From contig OZ242041.1 of the NCBI GenBank assembly GCA_965205215.1, forward strand, positions 576,001-640,000: a stretch of 64,000 nt of DNA, in the 5' to 3' direction. The stretch comes from Nitrosopumilus sp. (GTDB lineage: Archaea; Thermoproteota; Nitrososphaeria; Nitrososphaerales; Nitrosopumilaceae). Of this stretch, positions 50,409 to 60,144 are shown in pieces (within the stretch, counting starts at the first letter, position 1; each line of letters begins with the position of its first letter). The notes under the pieces are model-generated. The model made no database searches. It worked only from the letters and a program-made list of their open reading frames with translations, and was not told the DNA's origin. A program made the translations under genes and the position numbers.

Positions 50409-52064
50409 ATGATTCCGGCAGACGTCACCGATGGGCACATCCGGAAAGCCGTGCGGAGGATCACTAACCGCGGATTTCCAGCGCGACGCAAAAGCCGGAA
50501 CTATTGTCTTGCGGTAGACGGCAGGCACTTTCCGCCGAAATACACGATCGCATTGGCCCATAAGATCGCCACGGGAGGTTTTCTGGACTCGGGGCAATTC
50601 TCCGGGGGCGACGAGTCAGAGCGCTTTCTTCGTGATCGCGGATTCGCCGTAGTCGCGTGCGGCTGCGGCGGGTACCGTCGCGATGCCGGTTCTGCGCCCA
50701 TGACGCCGCAGGGCTTGCCGCGGCAGGACGGGGCCCAGGCGGTGACTGGGGGGCGTCCCACGGGTTCCGATGTGAATGTACGCCCCCCGCCAGGCCGGGC
50801 GGCACCACCGGCCCTGCGCGTGGCGCTGGTGTTTCCATCGCTAAAGTCGCTCCGCCGTCCAAGGATACCTGCCGCAGGAAAATTTGCTGGCGAGGGAGTG
50901 GACTTTGTGCTCTTTCCAGAGGAATACATTGACTCGTCCGATGAAACACGCGTCGAGACGCTGAAGACACTCGCGTCGGATCTGGGCGCGCCACTGTTAG
51001 TGGGCGCTCTCAATAGCGTTGAAGAAGGTGACATGGAGATTCTTCTTCGCTTCGATCCCGACGGCTCCGCCCCGGTTCGGCTATACACAAAGCACTCCAC
51101 CGCCGACATGGTTGCCTTTGAGATGCCCGGTTGGAATCCGCGCGGCATGCTGCCCGCGTTTGAGTTGGGAGGTGTGAGGGCAGGGGCGACCATTTGCCAT
51201 GACTGCTATCTGGGGCTGCTTCAGCGCCACTTGGCCAAGAGCGGAGCGCGCCTTTGGCTGAACCCGAGTTATAACAACGTGATTGATGTCAAGTGGTCGT
51301 CGGTTCTGCGGCTGAGGGCGGTGGAGAATCGCCTCTTTGCCCTCTGCACGCTACACGATGACAAGTCCAAACGGACTCATCCGTTTGCATTCTCACCGGA
51401 CGGCAACGAACTCTATGCCAGGAAGGCCGGTTCCTCAGACAGGCGGCCGATCTCGGACTGTACGGAGGCCGATGCCGTCTATATGGTCGATCTCGATACC
51501 GCCTCTGCTGGCAAACAGCTCGATTGGTCGAGCCTTTCGCGCGCCGCCAAGCCACCGCGACCAAACAAAGATCCCAAAAAACCCGTCCGCGTATCATTGA
51601 GGGGCGGCCGGCCGGCGGTTTACGCAGAAGGGCACTGGTGTAACGGTGCCAGTGACCGCCGCACTCGGACGGAGCATGGCGGGGCATACGTGGGCGTGGT
51701 ACGCGACAAGGATGTTCTGGATGCCGCCGCGTGCTTTGGCGTAATTTACAGTGCGCATGAGATGGACTGCCGCCCGATCATCTGGAACCACTGGGATCGC
51801 CTCCCGACGGAGCCGGATCGTCTGGCAAACCTCGTGATGGGAAGGGCCATTGAGTGCTGTGCGCCGATAATAATTTCGGATAAAACCGGGATTCGAGAAC
51901 TGGTGGAGTTGTCCAGTGGATACAAGATCCCGGTCCGGAGAGTTGTTAACCAGTCCGAAGCTGTGGTCGATCTTGGATATGCGTGGGGCCTGTCCAGCGC
52001 ACTCAAGATGGCCACCAAAAACACTACGGCGGCATTGGACCTGTATAGGAGTCTAACTGAGTGA
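50409..52064 (+). CDS. ScoMcrA-head/McrB-N-like domain fused to a carbon-nitrogen hydrolase (nitrilase) domain
   Basis: N-terminus IP..VT..HIRKA...Y.L..DG..FPPKY...FSGG...FL...GF; nitrilase triad FPEE, YTKH, TICHD. Confidence 0.75.
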   Translation: MIPADVTDGHIRKAVRRITNRGFPARRKSRNYCLAVDGRHFPPKYTIALAHKIATGGFLDSGQFSGGDESERFLRDRGFAVVACGCGGYRRDAGSAPMTPQGLPRQDGAQAVTGGRPTGSDVNVRPPPGRAAPPALRVALVFPSLKSLRRPRIPAAGKFAGEGVDFVLFPEEYIDSSDETRVETLKTLASDLGAPLLVGALNSVEEGDMEILLRFDPDGSAPVRLYTKHSTADMVAFEMPGWNPRGMLPAFELGGVRAGATICHDCYLGLLQRHLAKSGARLWLNPSYNNVIDVKWSSVLRLRAVENRLFALCTLHDDKSKRTHPFAFSPDGNELYARKAGSSDRRPISDCTEADAVYMVDLDTASAGKQLDWSSLSRAAKPPRPNKDPKKPVRVSLRGGRPAVYAEGHWCNGASDRRTRTEHGGAYVGVVRDKDVLDAAACFGVIYSAHEMDCRPIIWNHWDRLPTEPDRLANLVMGRAIECCAPIIISDKTGIRELVELSSGYKIPVRRVVNQSEAVVDLGYAWGLSSALKMATKNTTAALDLYRSLTE

Positions 52065-52387
52065 CCCCATGCCTGCGCCAGAGGCATTGGCCCGCATACA
52101 AGGTTTGTGGGCGCTAGGCCTACCTCCCGAATGGACGCGGAGGCCGCGGCGCATTTCGGGACGTATGCAGGCATCATTACCGCAAGTGGCCGTCCAGTCT
52201 GGAGTTACTGCGCTGACTGGTGCATGGGCGCCTGCACGGTCCGGCGCGGCTTTTCTGCGTGCGCGCAGAATATCAAGGCGCGCGAACAGGCGACGATCTC
52301 CGCGTCAGAGTGCAGATCTAGGGACCGCGAGCATACAGGGCACGTTTTATTGTCCATGCGGCCAGCCCCGCATGGCGCATAAAAGCC

Positions 52388-53680
52388 TCAGTCCTTCTTG
52401 GAGGAAGACTCGATCCTGCACGCAAGCTGTTCCACCATGAGGCGCAGCTTTGCAATCTCGCGGTCCTTTTCATCCTCCAGCAGTGTTATCCGCTCGGACT
52501 GCCTTGCGTTTGCCAGGCGCAGCCGGGCCGCGTCGTCTATGGTCAGGGCGGGCACCGACTGCAGATACTCTTCTGCCAGCTCCATCACGTGCGTCTTGAA
52601 GTAGTTGCGGTCCAGGCTCACCAGGCCGACGTGCCCCATCATGTACTCCTTGCGTATCAGGGACGACAGGGGCGACTCCTTTGAGGAGGACTCTTTGCAC
52701 GCCTTGTTCCAGAACCGCCTAAAGCCGTTCATGATCGGCACGTCAAACAGGTTGCGCGACTTTCTGCCGGAATCGCGCAGCCCGGCCGCGCGCGCCGCCT
52801 TTTCGATCCTCTTCTTGATCAGGGCAGGGGTGGTCCTTTCGGGCAGGCTTCCGACCTTTTTGAAGATGGGATCGCCGGGCTTGGGGGGCCTGCCGACCTC
52901 TGCAGCCCACACGTTATGATAGTCCATTACCGCGGCGTACGCCTCCGGCGTGATGAACGCTGGATAGCTTGCGTTCGTGCGGCCGTATACTGTAAGCAGC
53001 GCGCAGACGGGCTCTGCCGCGCCGTCTACACCGTTGTCCCCAAAGCCGAGGGAGCCACCGCCGTTGTCCTCACCACTATCGATACTGCTGCCCCCTGTAG
53101 CGACGCGGTATATCGGCTTGAGGTCCGACCACCGCAGCATCTCAAACCCACCGGCCCTCATGCCGGAGCTGGCCGCGACCAATATGGCGGCCCTGTCGGC
53201 CGACCCCTTGGCAAACCGGAGCATGGACTGTATCTCCGTCCTGTCCCACCCGCGCGATTCCGTGATGTTGTCGGACTCGGGGAACGTCGAGTACACGCGC
53301 TTCCACGGCATGGAGACGCCGTTCATATCGAACAGCTTTTTGAGCGGCTTGAAATAGTTGGAGACGCCCGACGGATTAAAGTAGTCGGGATGGTCGTGCG
53401 GCAGCGCGCTGCGCCCGCGGATCTTTTTTGATATGCGCAGTATGAGGTCCAGCGCGTGGTCAGGATCGTCCTTGCCCAGCCGCACGAGCTGCGCCGCGCG
53501 CTCCTCAAACGTGCCTTCCAGCACCTCCTCCAGCATGCTGCACAATAACCGTTTGAGCGTGCGCGTGTACGTCCTTCTAGTCTCGTCTGCCCTGATGCCC
53601 TGCCAGAACAGGTCGAGGGGCGCTGTGAGTGACGCGGCGTCCCGGCAGTCCTCCAACTCCTCTTTTGTAATCTTGATCAT
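52388..53680 (-). CDS. Tyrosine integrase 3
   Basis: SSGMRAGG, FITPEA, NGFRRF, MMGH, DRNY, C-terminal coiled coil. Confidence 0.88.
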   Translation of the reverse strand: MIKITKEELEDCRDAASLTAPLDLFWQGIRADETRRTYTRTLKRLLCSMLEEVLEGTFEERAAQLVRLGKDDPDHALDLILRISKKIRGRSALPHDHPDYFNPSGVSNYFKPLKKLFDMNGVSMPWKRVYSTFPESDNITESRGWDRTEIQSMLRFAKGSADRAAILVAASSGMRAGGFEMLRWSDLKPIYRVATGGSSIDSGEDNGGGSLGFGDNGVDGAAEPVCALLTVYGRTNASYPAFITPEAYAAVMDYHNVWAAEVGRPPKPGDPIFKKVGSLPERTTPALIKKRIEKAARAAGLRDSGRKSRNLFDVPIMNGFRRFWNKACKESSSKESPLSSLIRKEYMMGHVGLVSLDRNYFKTHVMELAEEYLQSVPALTIDDAARLRLANARQSERITLLEDEKDREIAKLRLMVEQLACRIESSSKKD

Positions 53681-53848
53681 TGCCCGGACGCGCCCCCTGA
53701 AACCCATAAAAGCACCTGTGGAGGGGCGGATCCCGCGTCCATGCGCGCCGCCGTGACACCCGCTCCCGGTTTCCGCCTTCCGAGCCTTTTCTTCCTATCT
53801 ATGATCATTTTTTCCACATGCCGGAACCCAAAAGAGTACCGGTATAGG

Positions 53849-53913
53849 AGCGGGTCTAGAGGGGTTAGCCAGCTGTAACGGGCAGAACCCGGATTTTCTG
53901 GGATTCGAACCCT
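53849..53913 (-). repeat. Second candidate att core plus tRNA T-arm-like remnant
   Basis: agcgggtctagaggg (53849-53863) followed 35 nt later by gggattcgaaccc (reverse complement of GGGTTCGAATCCC). Confidence 0.5.
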
Positions 53914-54101
53914 GCATGTCACATGGTAGCGAGTGTCCAATTAATAAGAATATGGAATCTTGGGCGGGCAGACCCGGCCGCGGTTAACCAGAATGAATTG
54001 GCAGGACCTAGGGCGCAGCGCGTGCGCGCATGACGGCGGTTGCCGGCAATGACGGCTGGAAACAGGCATTACGCGATGCGTGCGCGTCCCACCGGTTCAA
54101 G

Positions 54102-54145
54102 TTACCCGCAAACTTTCATAGCGCACTATGATTCTTTGCGGGTAA
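54102..54145. repeat. Sixth, isolated copy of the 44-bp hairpin
   Basis: ttacccgcaaactttcatag-cgca-ctatgattctttgcgggtaa. Confidence 0.85.
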
Positions 54146-54211
54146 CTGCTGCGGCTGTCCTCCACTGGACCGCATGCAGAACGGCGATCCCCCTTTTATC
54201 ATATTGAAGAC

Positions 54212-54505
54212 ATGCCATGCATGGTACTTTCTGAAAAGGATCCTGAAGACAAGCAGAAGATGAAGAGCGGCGTGATCGGCGTGGTGGTGCTCCTCGTGCT
54301 GGGCTCTTTGTCGCCCCTGATAATCGAGGAGTTCACCGATGTCGACCTGGAGACGCTGTGCGAAAAGGGCGAGGACGGCGCCGACGCCGAATGCCTGGAG
54401 GAGGGCGACATAAAGACGACTGTCCTTGAGGGCCTCGGCTACGTGTCGATCATCATCGCGATCGTCGGCTTTGTCGGGTTTGTCATCGTGGGCGTAAAAT
54501 ATTGA
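54212..54505 (+). CDS. Small two-TM membrane protein (pilin/VirB2-like, possibly 5'-truncated)
   Basis: KQKMKSGVIGVVVLLVLG and a C-terminal TM helix. Confidence 0.5.
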   Translation: MPCMVLSEKDPEDKQKMKSGVIGVVVLLVLGSLSPLIIEEFTDVDLETLCEKGEDGADAECLEEGDIKTTVLEGLGYVSIIIAIVGFVGFVIVGVKY

Positions 54506-54918
54506 AGGCGTCAACCGTCCTTGTATGCCTTGCAGGCGCGCTGCTCGGGATCGCGTACGCCTCCGGGTGGCGGGTTCCGGCAGGCTGGGCCTGGGTTCCC
54601 GTCGCGTTCTGGCTTGTAGCATGCGGGACGGACATGGCATATACGGTGAGATACAGCCGATTTTTATCAAAACACGAGCAGAGCCCCGTGCTCCGCGTCC
54701 TGGCGGGGCGCCTCCGCCTTGCGCATGCCGTGCCGGCGGCGCTTGCGGCCGAGGCGGCGCTCGTAGTTTCTTCTCCGCTTCTGGTCGTGCATGAGTGGGA
54801 TCCGGAGTTTATAGGCGTGACGGCCGTCCTGGTAGGCACGGTACACCTGTCCGGGTTTGCCGAGAGCGTGTCGTTTGTGCGCCGCATGGACGCGGGGCCC
54901 GTCGGCCGGGACGTCTGA
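54502..54918 (+). CDS. Membrane protein
   Basis: Four hydrophobic segments; D..YT and EQSP motifs. Confidence 0.6.
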   Translation: MKASTVLVCLAGALLGIAYASGWRVPAGWAWVPVAFWLVACGTDMAYTVRYSRFLSKHEQSPVLRVLAGRLRLAHAVPAALAAEAALVVSSPLLVVHEWDPEFIGVTAVLVGTVHLSGFAESVSFVRRMDAGPVGRDV

Positions 54919-55020
54919 TCAGGCCGGGATTTGCCATGATGTTTTTTACGCGCGGTGGACGGTCCCGCCATACAACCGCCAGAAAATTTTGCTTAAACGC
55001 ATTTTGGGCCTGATGTGCTG

Positions 55021-55848
55021 ATGAAGATCGGACTTGACGTCGGAACCGGCTTTGTAAAGTGCGTATCCGACTACGGGGCGGTGCGCTTTCCGTCCGTATA
55101 CGTGAGGCGCATCCACGGGCTGTGGACGGAAAAGGCGACGGAGGCGGTGGGCTCTAGGGCAAGCTCGCTGCTTGACACCATGGGCGCCACTGCCATAAGC
55201 CCGATAGTCAGGGGCAGGCCGGACCCCAGGTACTACAAGCAGGTGGACATGCTTCTGGCCGAGATGCTGCGCCAGATACACAAGCTGGCAAAGACCCCGA
55301 TCGATGCGGACGCAAAGCTCCGCATCGTGGTGGGCCTGCCGTACCACGCGTTTGGATACCGCGAGTCCATGGTCAGGGTGGTGCAAAAGGTGCTGAACGT
55401 GGAGACGTGCACCGTGGTCGCCCAGGCCTCGGGCACGCTGGTGGACCTCGACCTTGAGAGCGCCATCGTGGTGTCCATCGGGCAGGGGACGACGGAAATC
55501 GTGGTGATAGACGAAATGGAGGTGATAGACGGGGAGAGCTCCAGGTGGGCGTCGGATTTCGTGACAAAAAAGATTGGCAGGTACGCCCACCTCGACGTGG
55601 AACTGCTCCACAAGAACCAGGACGTGTGCCAAAAGTACGCGAGGGCGATGGCAGAGAATTTGGCCCGCGAGATACGCGACATGTCAGGGCAGTACGACGA
55701 CAGGTACCCCATAGCACTTTCGGGGGGCGGCCTGCTGATTCCCGGCATGCAGGAGAGGCTGGCCGCCCGGCTAAAGGAGTTCAAGGTGGTGGTCCCAGAC
55801 GACCCCGTGATGAGCAACGCAAACGGGCTCTACAAGCTGGTGGAATAG
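55021..55848 (+). CDS. ParM/StbA/MreB-like actin-fold ATPase
   Basis: Phosphate-1 IGLDVGTGFVK, FPS, VVGLP, VVAQ, phosphate-2 SIGQGTTE, adenosine LSGGG, P..SNA.G. Confidence 0.88.
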   Translation: MKIGLDVGTGFVKCVSDYGAVRFPSVYVRRIHGLWTEKATEAVGSRASSLLDTMGATAISPIVRGRPDPRYYKQVDMLLAEMLRQIHKLAKTPIDADAKLRIVVGLPYHAFGYRESMVRVVQKVLNVETCTVVAQASGTLVDLDLESAIVVSIGQGTTEIVVIDEMEVIDGESSRWASDFVTKKIGRYAHLDVELLHKNQDVCQKYARAMAENLAREIRDMSGQYDDRYPIALSGGGLLIPGMQERLAARLKEFKVVVPDDPVMSNANGLYKLVE

Positions 55849-56006
55849 TACGCCGCCTGCAGGTCGTGCGCCGTTTATGCGGGTTGCCAAGCAGCCAACC
55901 GCAAGGATGCAAATGCAGTCCTTCACAGGTGGTGGAATGCCCGGCGGCGCGTCGCATCCCCTGCCGTCTTGGAAGAGTGTGGTTCCAGGAAATATCATAA
56001 ACGGGG

Positions 56007-56282
56007 TCAGTCCCTGCCGTAGACGTACTTGTGATCTCCCACCACCAACAGCAGGATTATCTTTTGCCGGCTGACGACCTTGTAGATCAGCCGGTGCGAG
56101 CGCCCGATCTCATACGCAAAGTATCCCTTGAGTCGGCCCTTTTTTGGAATGCCTGCATCTGCGGGATTTTCGTATGTTGCAAGGTGCAATATGGCCTCGT
56201 TCACCCTGTCTTGCAGATGAGACGGAAGTCTTCTGTAGCTGCGGACAAACCGGCCGGTTCGCTCTATGCGCCACAAATTCAT
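56007..56282 (-). CDS. RelE/YafQ-like mRNA interferase toxin
   Basis: RT.RF.RSY..L, G.LKGYF, RLIY, VGDHK.VY. Confidence 0.85.
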   Translation of the reverse strand: MNLWRIERTGRFVRSYRRLPSHLQDRVNEAILHLATYENPADAGIPKKGRLKGYFAYEIGRSHRLIYKVVSRQKIILLLVVGDHKYVYGRD

Positions 56283-56422
56283 TCGGGCCTGCGAAGATCT
56301 TCTATCAGTGCTTCGGGGGTTTCAAATATTTTTGTCGTGTCCTTTCCGGATTCGTACTGTTCTATTGCATCCTCTTCGTTTGGCCACACTTCGTCATCTG
56401 ACGCCTGCTTTGTCTCTGACAT
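56279..56422 (-). CDS. Putative acidic antitoxin (47 aa, below ORF-track cutoff)
   Basis: MSETKQASDDEVWPNEEDAIEQYESGKDTTKIFETPEALIEDLRRPE; ATGA overlap with the toxin start. Confidence 0.7.
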   Translation of the reverse strand: MSETKQASDDEVWPNEEDAIEQYESGKDTTKIFETPEALIEDLRRPE

Positions 56423-56587
56423 GCATTGCAATATTTTTAATTATTTTTAAAGATATCCACAGCGGGTCGGTTCTGCGCATTCCCACTCCTCTCCCCGTTT
56501 CCCCCAAGTCCCGATCCGGACGCAAATGGGGAACGCGGATAAAGCTGCACGTTTGTGGGCTTAAAAGGAAAATGCCGTCCTGACTGC

Positions 56588-57853
56588 ATGTCGAGGTGGC
56601 GCATCTCAAACAAAAGGATGCCCCGGGGGCAGCTGGCAGACGTCAAGAAATTCATGCGCGGCCCCGAAAGATTGTCTGCCCGCTCGGTGACCATACCGAT
56701 AGAGTCGGACCCGCAGAGGGCGGCAGACGTCGCCGGGGGCCTGGCAGGCGATCAAGTACGGAGCTTTGAGATGTGGTGGGACGCGGCAGAGTCAAGGCTC
56801 CGGTTTGTCATCATATCCGACGAGAGGGATGCCGGCGACTTTGAGCGGGCGTTCCGGGTCATGTATCCAAACGTGGCGTTCGACGGCATGAGCGAGACGG
56901 TCCCCGCATGGTTTGACCGCAGGTCCGCCGAATACCGCGTGTTTGACGTGGGCACGCGCCACGGCCACTACGCGACTATATTTGACGGGCCGGGGGAGAG
57001 CAGCCTCATCACTAGGATGGCAGGCGCCATCCAGTCGGCCGGCCACGCGTGGTTACAGTTCGTGTTTGCGCGGTTTGACTGCACGCCGTTTCTCCGCGCG
57101 CACATGTCGCGTCTGGACGGGCGGTTCGCGGAGATAAACCGGGGAGACTACACGTCGTGGGGGGACGAGATCACGGGAAGAAAGCCGCGCAGGCATCCGG
57201 AGCTCGGGTACGACCTTACGAGCAGCTACAAGGGACTCAAAAAGCACGCCATTGCAAAGATGCAGGGCGCGCACCTGGTAATGAGCATAAGGGGGCTGAT
57301 GCAGGGCGGCGACGGCGACGGCAGGGACGCCGACCTGCAGTTTGACAAGGTCTCGGCGCTGTCAGTTGACGGCATCGACTCCGCATACGAGCATCTGACA
57401 AAGTTCCGCTACGGGTACGACAAGTTCTACTCTGACACAAAAAAGTCACGGATCAGGGTGCCGGGGCCGCGCGGCGCGCCGGACCACAGGATATGCATGT
57501 TCGAGTCGCGGCACCTGCCGGATCCCGGCAGGTATTTTGGCCGCGCCATATCACAGTATTTCGACAAGAAATGGTGGGGACTCCGCGGGTACCAGACGCG
57601 GAGGCCCATGCCGTTTCTGATCCTCAACCCGGCGGAGGCGCCGCTGTTCGTGCACCTGCCGGACCCGTCGACGCCCAACATCGACACGACGCGCGGCGTG
57701 CGCCTGCCCTCAAAGCCGTCGGAGAAGGCGGGCGCGGGTATCGGCTTTTTCGACTCGCTGGACGATCCCGGTCAGCTTGGCCCTGCACCGGAAGACGCGG
57801 CACCGGAAGACGCGGCACAGGAAGACGCGGCACAGGATGCTGGCATATCTTGA
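56588..57853 (+). CDS. Hypothetical protein upstream of the coupling ATPase
   Basis: Long ORF (SFEMWW, YPNV.F, WLQFVF, ILNPAE...FVHLP) resembling N-terminal modules of conjugative coupling proteins. Start is uncertain. Confidence 0.7.
   Translation: MSRWRISNKRMPRGQLADVKKFMRGPERLSARSVTIPIESDPQRAADVAGGLAGDQVRSFEMWWDAAESRLRFVIISDERDAGDFERAFRVMYPNVAFDGMSETVPAWFDRRSAEYRVFDVGTRHGHYATIFDGPGESSLITRMAGAIQSAGHAWLQFVFARFDCTPFLRAHMSRLDGRFAEINRGDYTSWGDEITGRKPRRHPELGYDLTSSYKGLKKHAIAKMQGAHLVMSIRGLMQGGDGDGRDADLQFDKVSALSVDGIDSAYEHLTKFRYGYDKFYSDTKKSRIRVPGPRGAPDHRICMFESRHLPDPGRYFGRAISQYFDKKWWGLRGYQTRRPMPFLILNPAEAPLFVHLPDPSTPNIDTTRGVRLPSKPSEKAGAGIGFFDSLDDPGQLGPAPEDAAPEDAAQEDAAQDAGIS
57785..57841 (+). repeat. 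15-bp tandem repeat x4 (gcaccggaagacgcg) at the end of the ORF
   Basis: Encodes APEDA/AQEDA repeats. Confidence 0.8.
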
Positions 57854-57891
57854 CCACAGTACGGAAGGACGGGGAACGCCGGTGGGGCGAG

Positions 57892-59808
57892 ATGGCAAGG
57901 TCCAAGGACATGGGCGCGGCGGTCATATCCCCCACCGACTTTGCAAACCACCTGTATGTGGTGGGCGCGTCCGGCTCCGGCAAGACCTCGCTCATCCGCC
58001 TGCTTGCAAAGCACCTGGAGGCGTGGAACCTCAACGGCACGTTTCCCAACGCGTTCATCTACGTGGACCCAAAGGGGGACGACTCCCACAAGTTCGTCAG
58101 GCAGTGCAGCCCCGACACGGTAGGTCGCGGCCTTGTGCACTTTCTGGACCCCCAAAAGACCAAGTTCTCGATCAACCCGCTTGAGCTGCCCAGGTACCAA
58201 GAGCAGGAGCGCGAGGAACTGGTGTCCAGGTATGTGGGATACTTTATGAAGACCATAGAGGAGTGGTACCAGCAGTCGGCCACGTTCGTCCAGATGGAGC
58301 GCATATTCCGCGCCCTGCTGTTCTACGTGTACATGAAGCACGACTCCCCCACATTCCTTGACATACACGACATGATACTGAAGATGCAGGAGAGCGGGCA
58401 CGACGCCCTGCCGCAGATAGCAGGCACGTTCGGGGAGCCGAATCCCGAGATGAAGCAGGCGCTCCTGAGCATAGCGGCGCTAAAGGGCGACGCGTTTGTC
58501 CCGCTGCTCAACCGCATCGAGCAGTTCGCGACCGACCCCGTGCTCAAGCGCATGTTTTCGGTCCGCAAGGGTACCGTGGACTTTGGAGAGCTGATCAGGC
58601 CCGGCATGTACACGGTTGTGCGCATATCGCCCCTGAACATGCCCCACCACGTGCAGCCTTTAGCGATGCAGGCGTTCATACTGAAACTGTGGTTTGCCAT
58701 CCAAGAGCGCGCAAACCGCATGCTGGGGGAGGAGAGGACGCAGGTGGTGCTGGCGCTCGACGAGTTCCAGATAGTCAAGGATTTACAGGTGCTCCAGCTG
58801 ATGCTCGAGCAGGCAAGGTCGCTGGGCCTGGGGCTGGTACTGTCACACCAGACCACCGAGCAGATATCCGACACCCAGCTCGGGCTGATCACCGGCAACT
58901 CGGGGACGCAGCTGGTCGGCAAGGTAAACGGCAAGGACGCCACCAGGATGGCCCAGATCTGGGACCCCCAGTTCAAGCGGGAGCTTACCCAGGTGCTTGC
59001 AAGCCAGGAGTACTTTCACTGGTCCATACGGGAAAAGGCGCCGCCCGGAAAGGAGCAGCCGCTGCCCGTCCAGTTCTGGCTGGGCGCGCCGCCCGAGCTG
59101 CTGGTGTCCGACGCCGCGTACGACGCGTTCCTGGCCTCCCAGCTTGCCAGGTACGGCCGCGGCGCGGTGGAGGATACCATGGTCAGGCAGACGATCGCCG
59201 CCCGCAACAAGTGGCTTGAGAGCATAACGGTGCGGTTCCCGGCGCACATGGAGTGGAGGATAATGGTCATGCTGCTCGGAAGGCCGCTCCAGCAGACGGA
59301 CATGGTGGCGCAGCTGCCCGTGTCAAACAGGTCCGAGGTGCTTGACATACTCAAAAAGATGCAGGCGGACCGGCTCGTCAGAAAGACCGATCCCGGAAAC
59401 AGGATGTCAAAGTACGAGCTGACACCGGACGCCAGGTCCGCGTACTTTGAGCCCAGGTTCGACGAGGTCGGCTCCGCCGCCGAGATCGAGGGCCTGACGC
59501 GGCGCGTGTTTTACAGCTATCTTGAGCTGGGGATGTTCGTGGCGGTGGCGTCTCAAAAGGTGACAAAGGGCCGCGACAGGACCGACCTGGTGGCGTACGA
59601 CTATGACAACGGCACGCCCATAAGCGTGGAGATCGAGTCGGTGGTCGAGGTGCAGAGCCACCCCGAGCACGTCCGGTACAACATGGTAAAGTGGCGGGAC
59701 ATGGGGTTCGGGCAGTGCCACGTGTGGTCCAAGAGCCCGAAGGCGCGGCAGATCTACGACCGCCTCTCAGACGAGGAGAAGCGCGGGGTCCTGGTTACCA
59801 TCACTTGA
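57892..59808 (+). CDS. VirD4/TraG/HerA-like conjugative coupling ATPase with C-terminal wHTH and nuclease-like domain
   Basis: HLYVVGASGSGKT, YVDPKGD, INPL, LALDEFQ, ARSLGLGLVLSHQ, RTDLVA...VEIE. Confidence 0.85.
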   Translation: MARSKDMGAAVISPTDFANHLYVVGASGSGKTSLIRLLAKHLEAWNLNGTFPNAFIYVDPKGDDSHKFVRQCSPDTVGRGLVHFLDPQKTKFSINPLELPRYQEQEREELVSRYVGYFMKTIEEWYQQSATFVQMERIFRALLFYVYMKHDSPTFLDIHDMILKMQESGHDALPQIAGTFGEPNPEMKQALLSIAALKGDAFVPLLNRIEQFATDPVLKRMFSVRKGTVDFGELIRPGMYTVVRISPLNMPHHVQPLAMQAFILKLWFAIQERANRMLGEERTQVVLALDEFQIVKDLQVLQLMLEQARSLGLGLVLSHQTTEQISDTQLGLITGNSGTQLVGKVNGKDATRMAQIWDPQFKRELTQVLASQEYFHWSIREKAPPGKEQPLPVQFWLGAPPELLVSDAAYDAFLASQLARYGRGAVEDTMVRQTIAARNKWLESITVRFPAHMEWRIMVMLLGRPLQQTDMVAQLPVSNRSEVLDILKKMQADRLVRKTDPGNRMSKYELTPDARSAYFEPRFDEVGSAAEIEGLTRRVFYSYLELGMFVAVASQKVTKGRDRTDLVAYDYDNGTPISVEIESVVEVQSHPEHVRYNMVKWRDMGFGQCHVWSKSPKARQIYDRLSDEEKRGVLVTIT

Positions 59809-60112
59809 GCCTGAGGCGCTCCAGCTTGCTCTTCCCGGACGCGGCCCTTGTGCCCGCGGGCCTCTCGGACTTGGCGCCCTTTGCCATCATGTCGGTTATG
59901 GCCCTCTTGTACGGGTCGAGGCCATCGGGGTCCGCAGCGCCGCCGCTGTCCACGACATCCGTGGGGCTGATTACGATCTTCCCGTCCGTGACCTCGAACC
60001 TGACGCTCTGGCCGTTGCAGATCCCCGCCTTTCTTACTATGGACTGCGGGATTGTCAGTATGAAGGAGCTCCTCCTCATGTGCACCCTGCGCTCCATTAC
60101 GTCTTTTTCCAT
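59801..60112 (-). CDS. AbrB/MazE/SpoVT-fold DNA-binding protein 3
   Basis: Close paralog of 48674-48979 (SFILTIPQ, DG.IVISPTD, YKRAI..MMAK, SGKSKLERLRLK). Confidence 0.85.
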   Translation of the reverse strand: MEKDVMERRVHMRRSSFILTIPQSIVRKAGICNGQSVRFEVTDGKIVISPTDVVDSGGAADPDGLDPYKRAITDMMAKGAKSERPAGTRAASGKSKLERLRLK

Positions 60113-60144
60113 GACCCCAATGCCCCGGATCCACTTAAGGGGAA

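Noticed and set aside
53849-53930. Intact tRNA gene
   Set aside because: Only a T-arm and an acceptor-like fragment are present; I could not fold a D-arm or anticodon arm.
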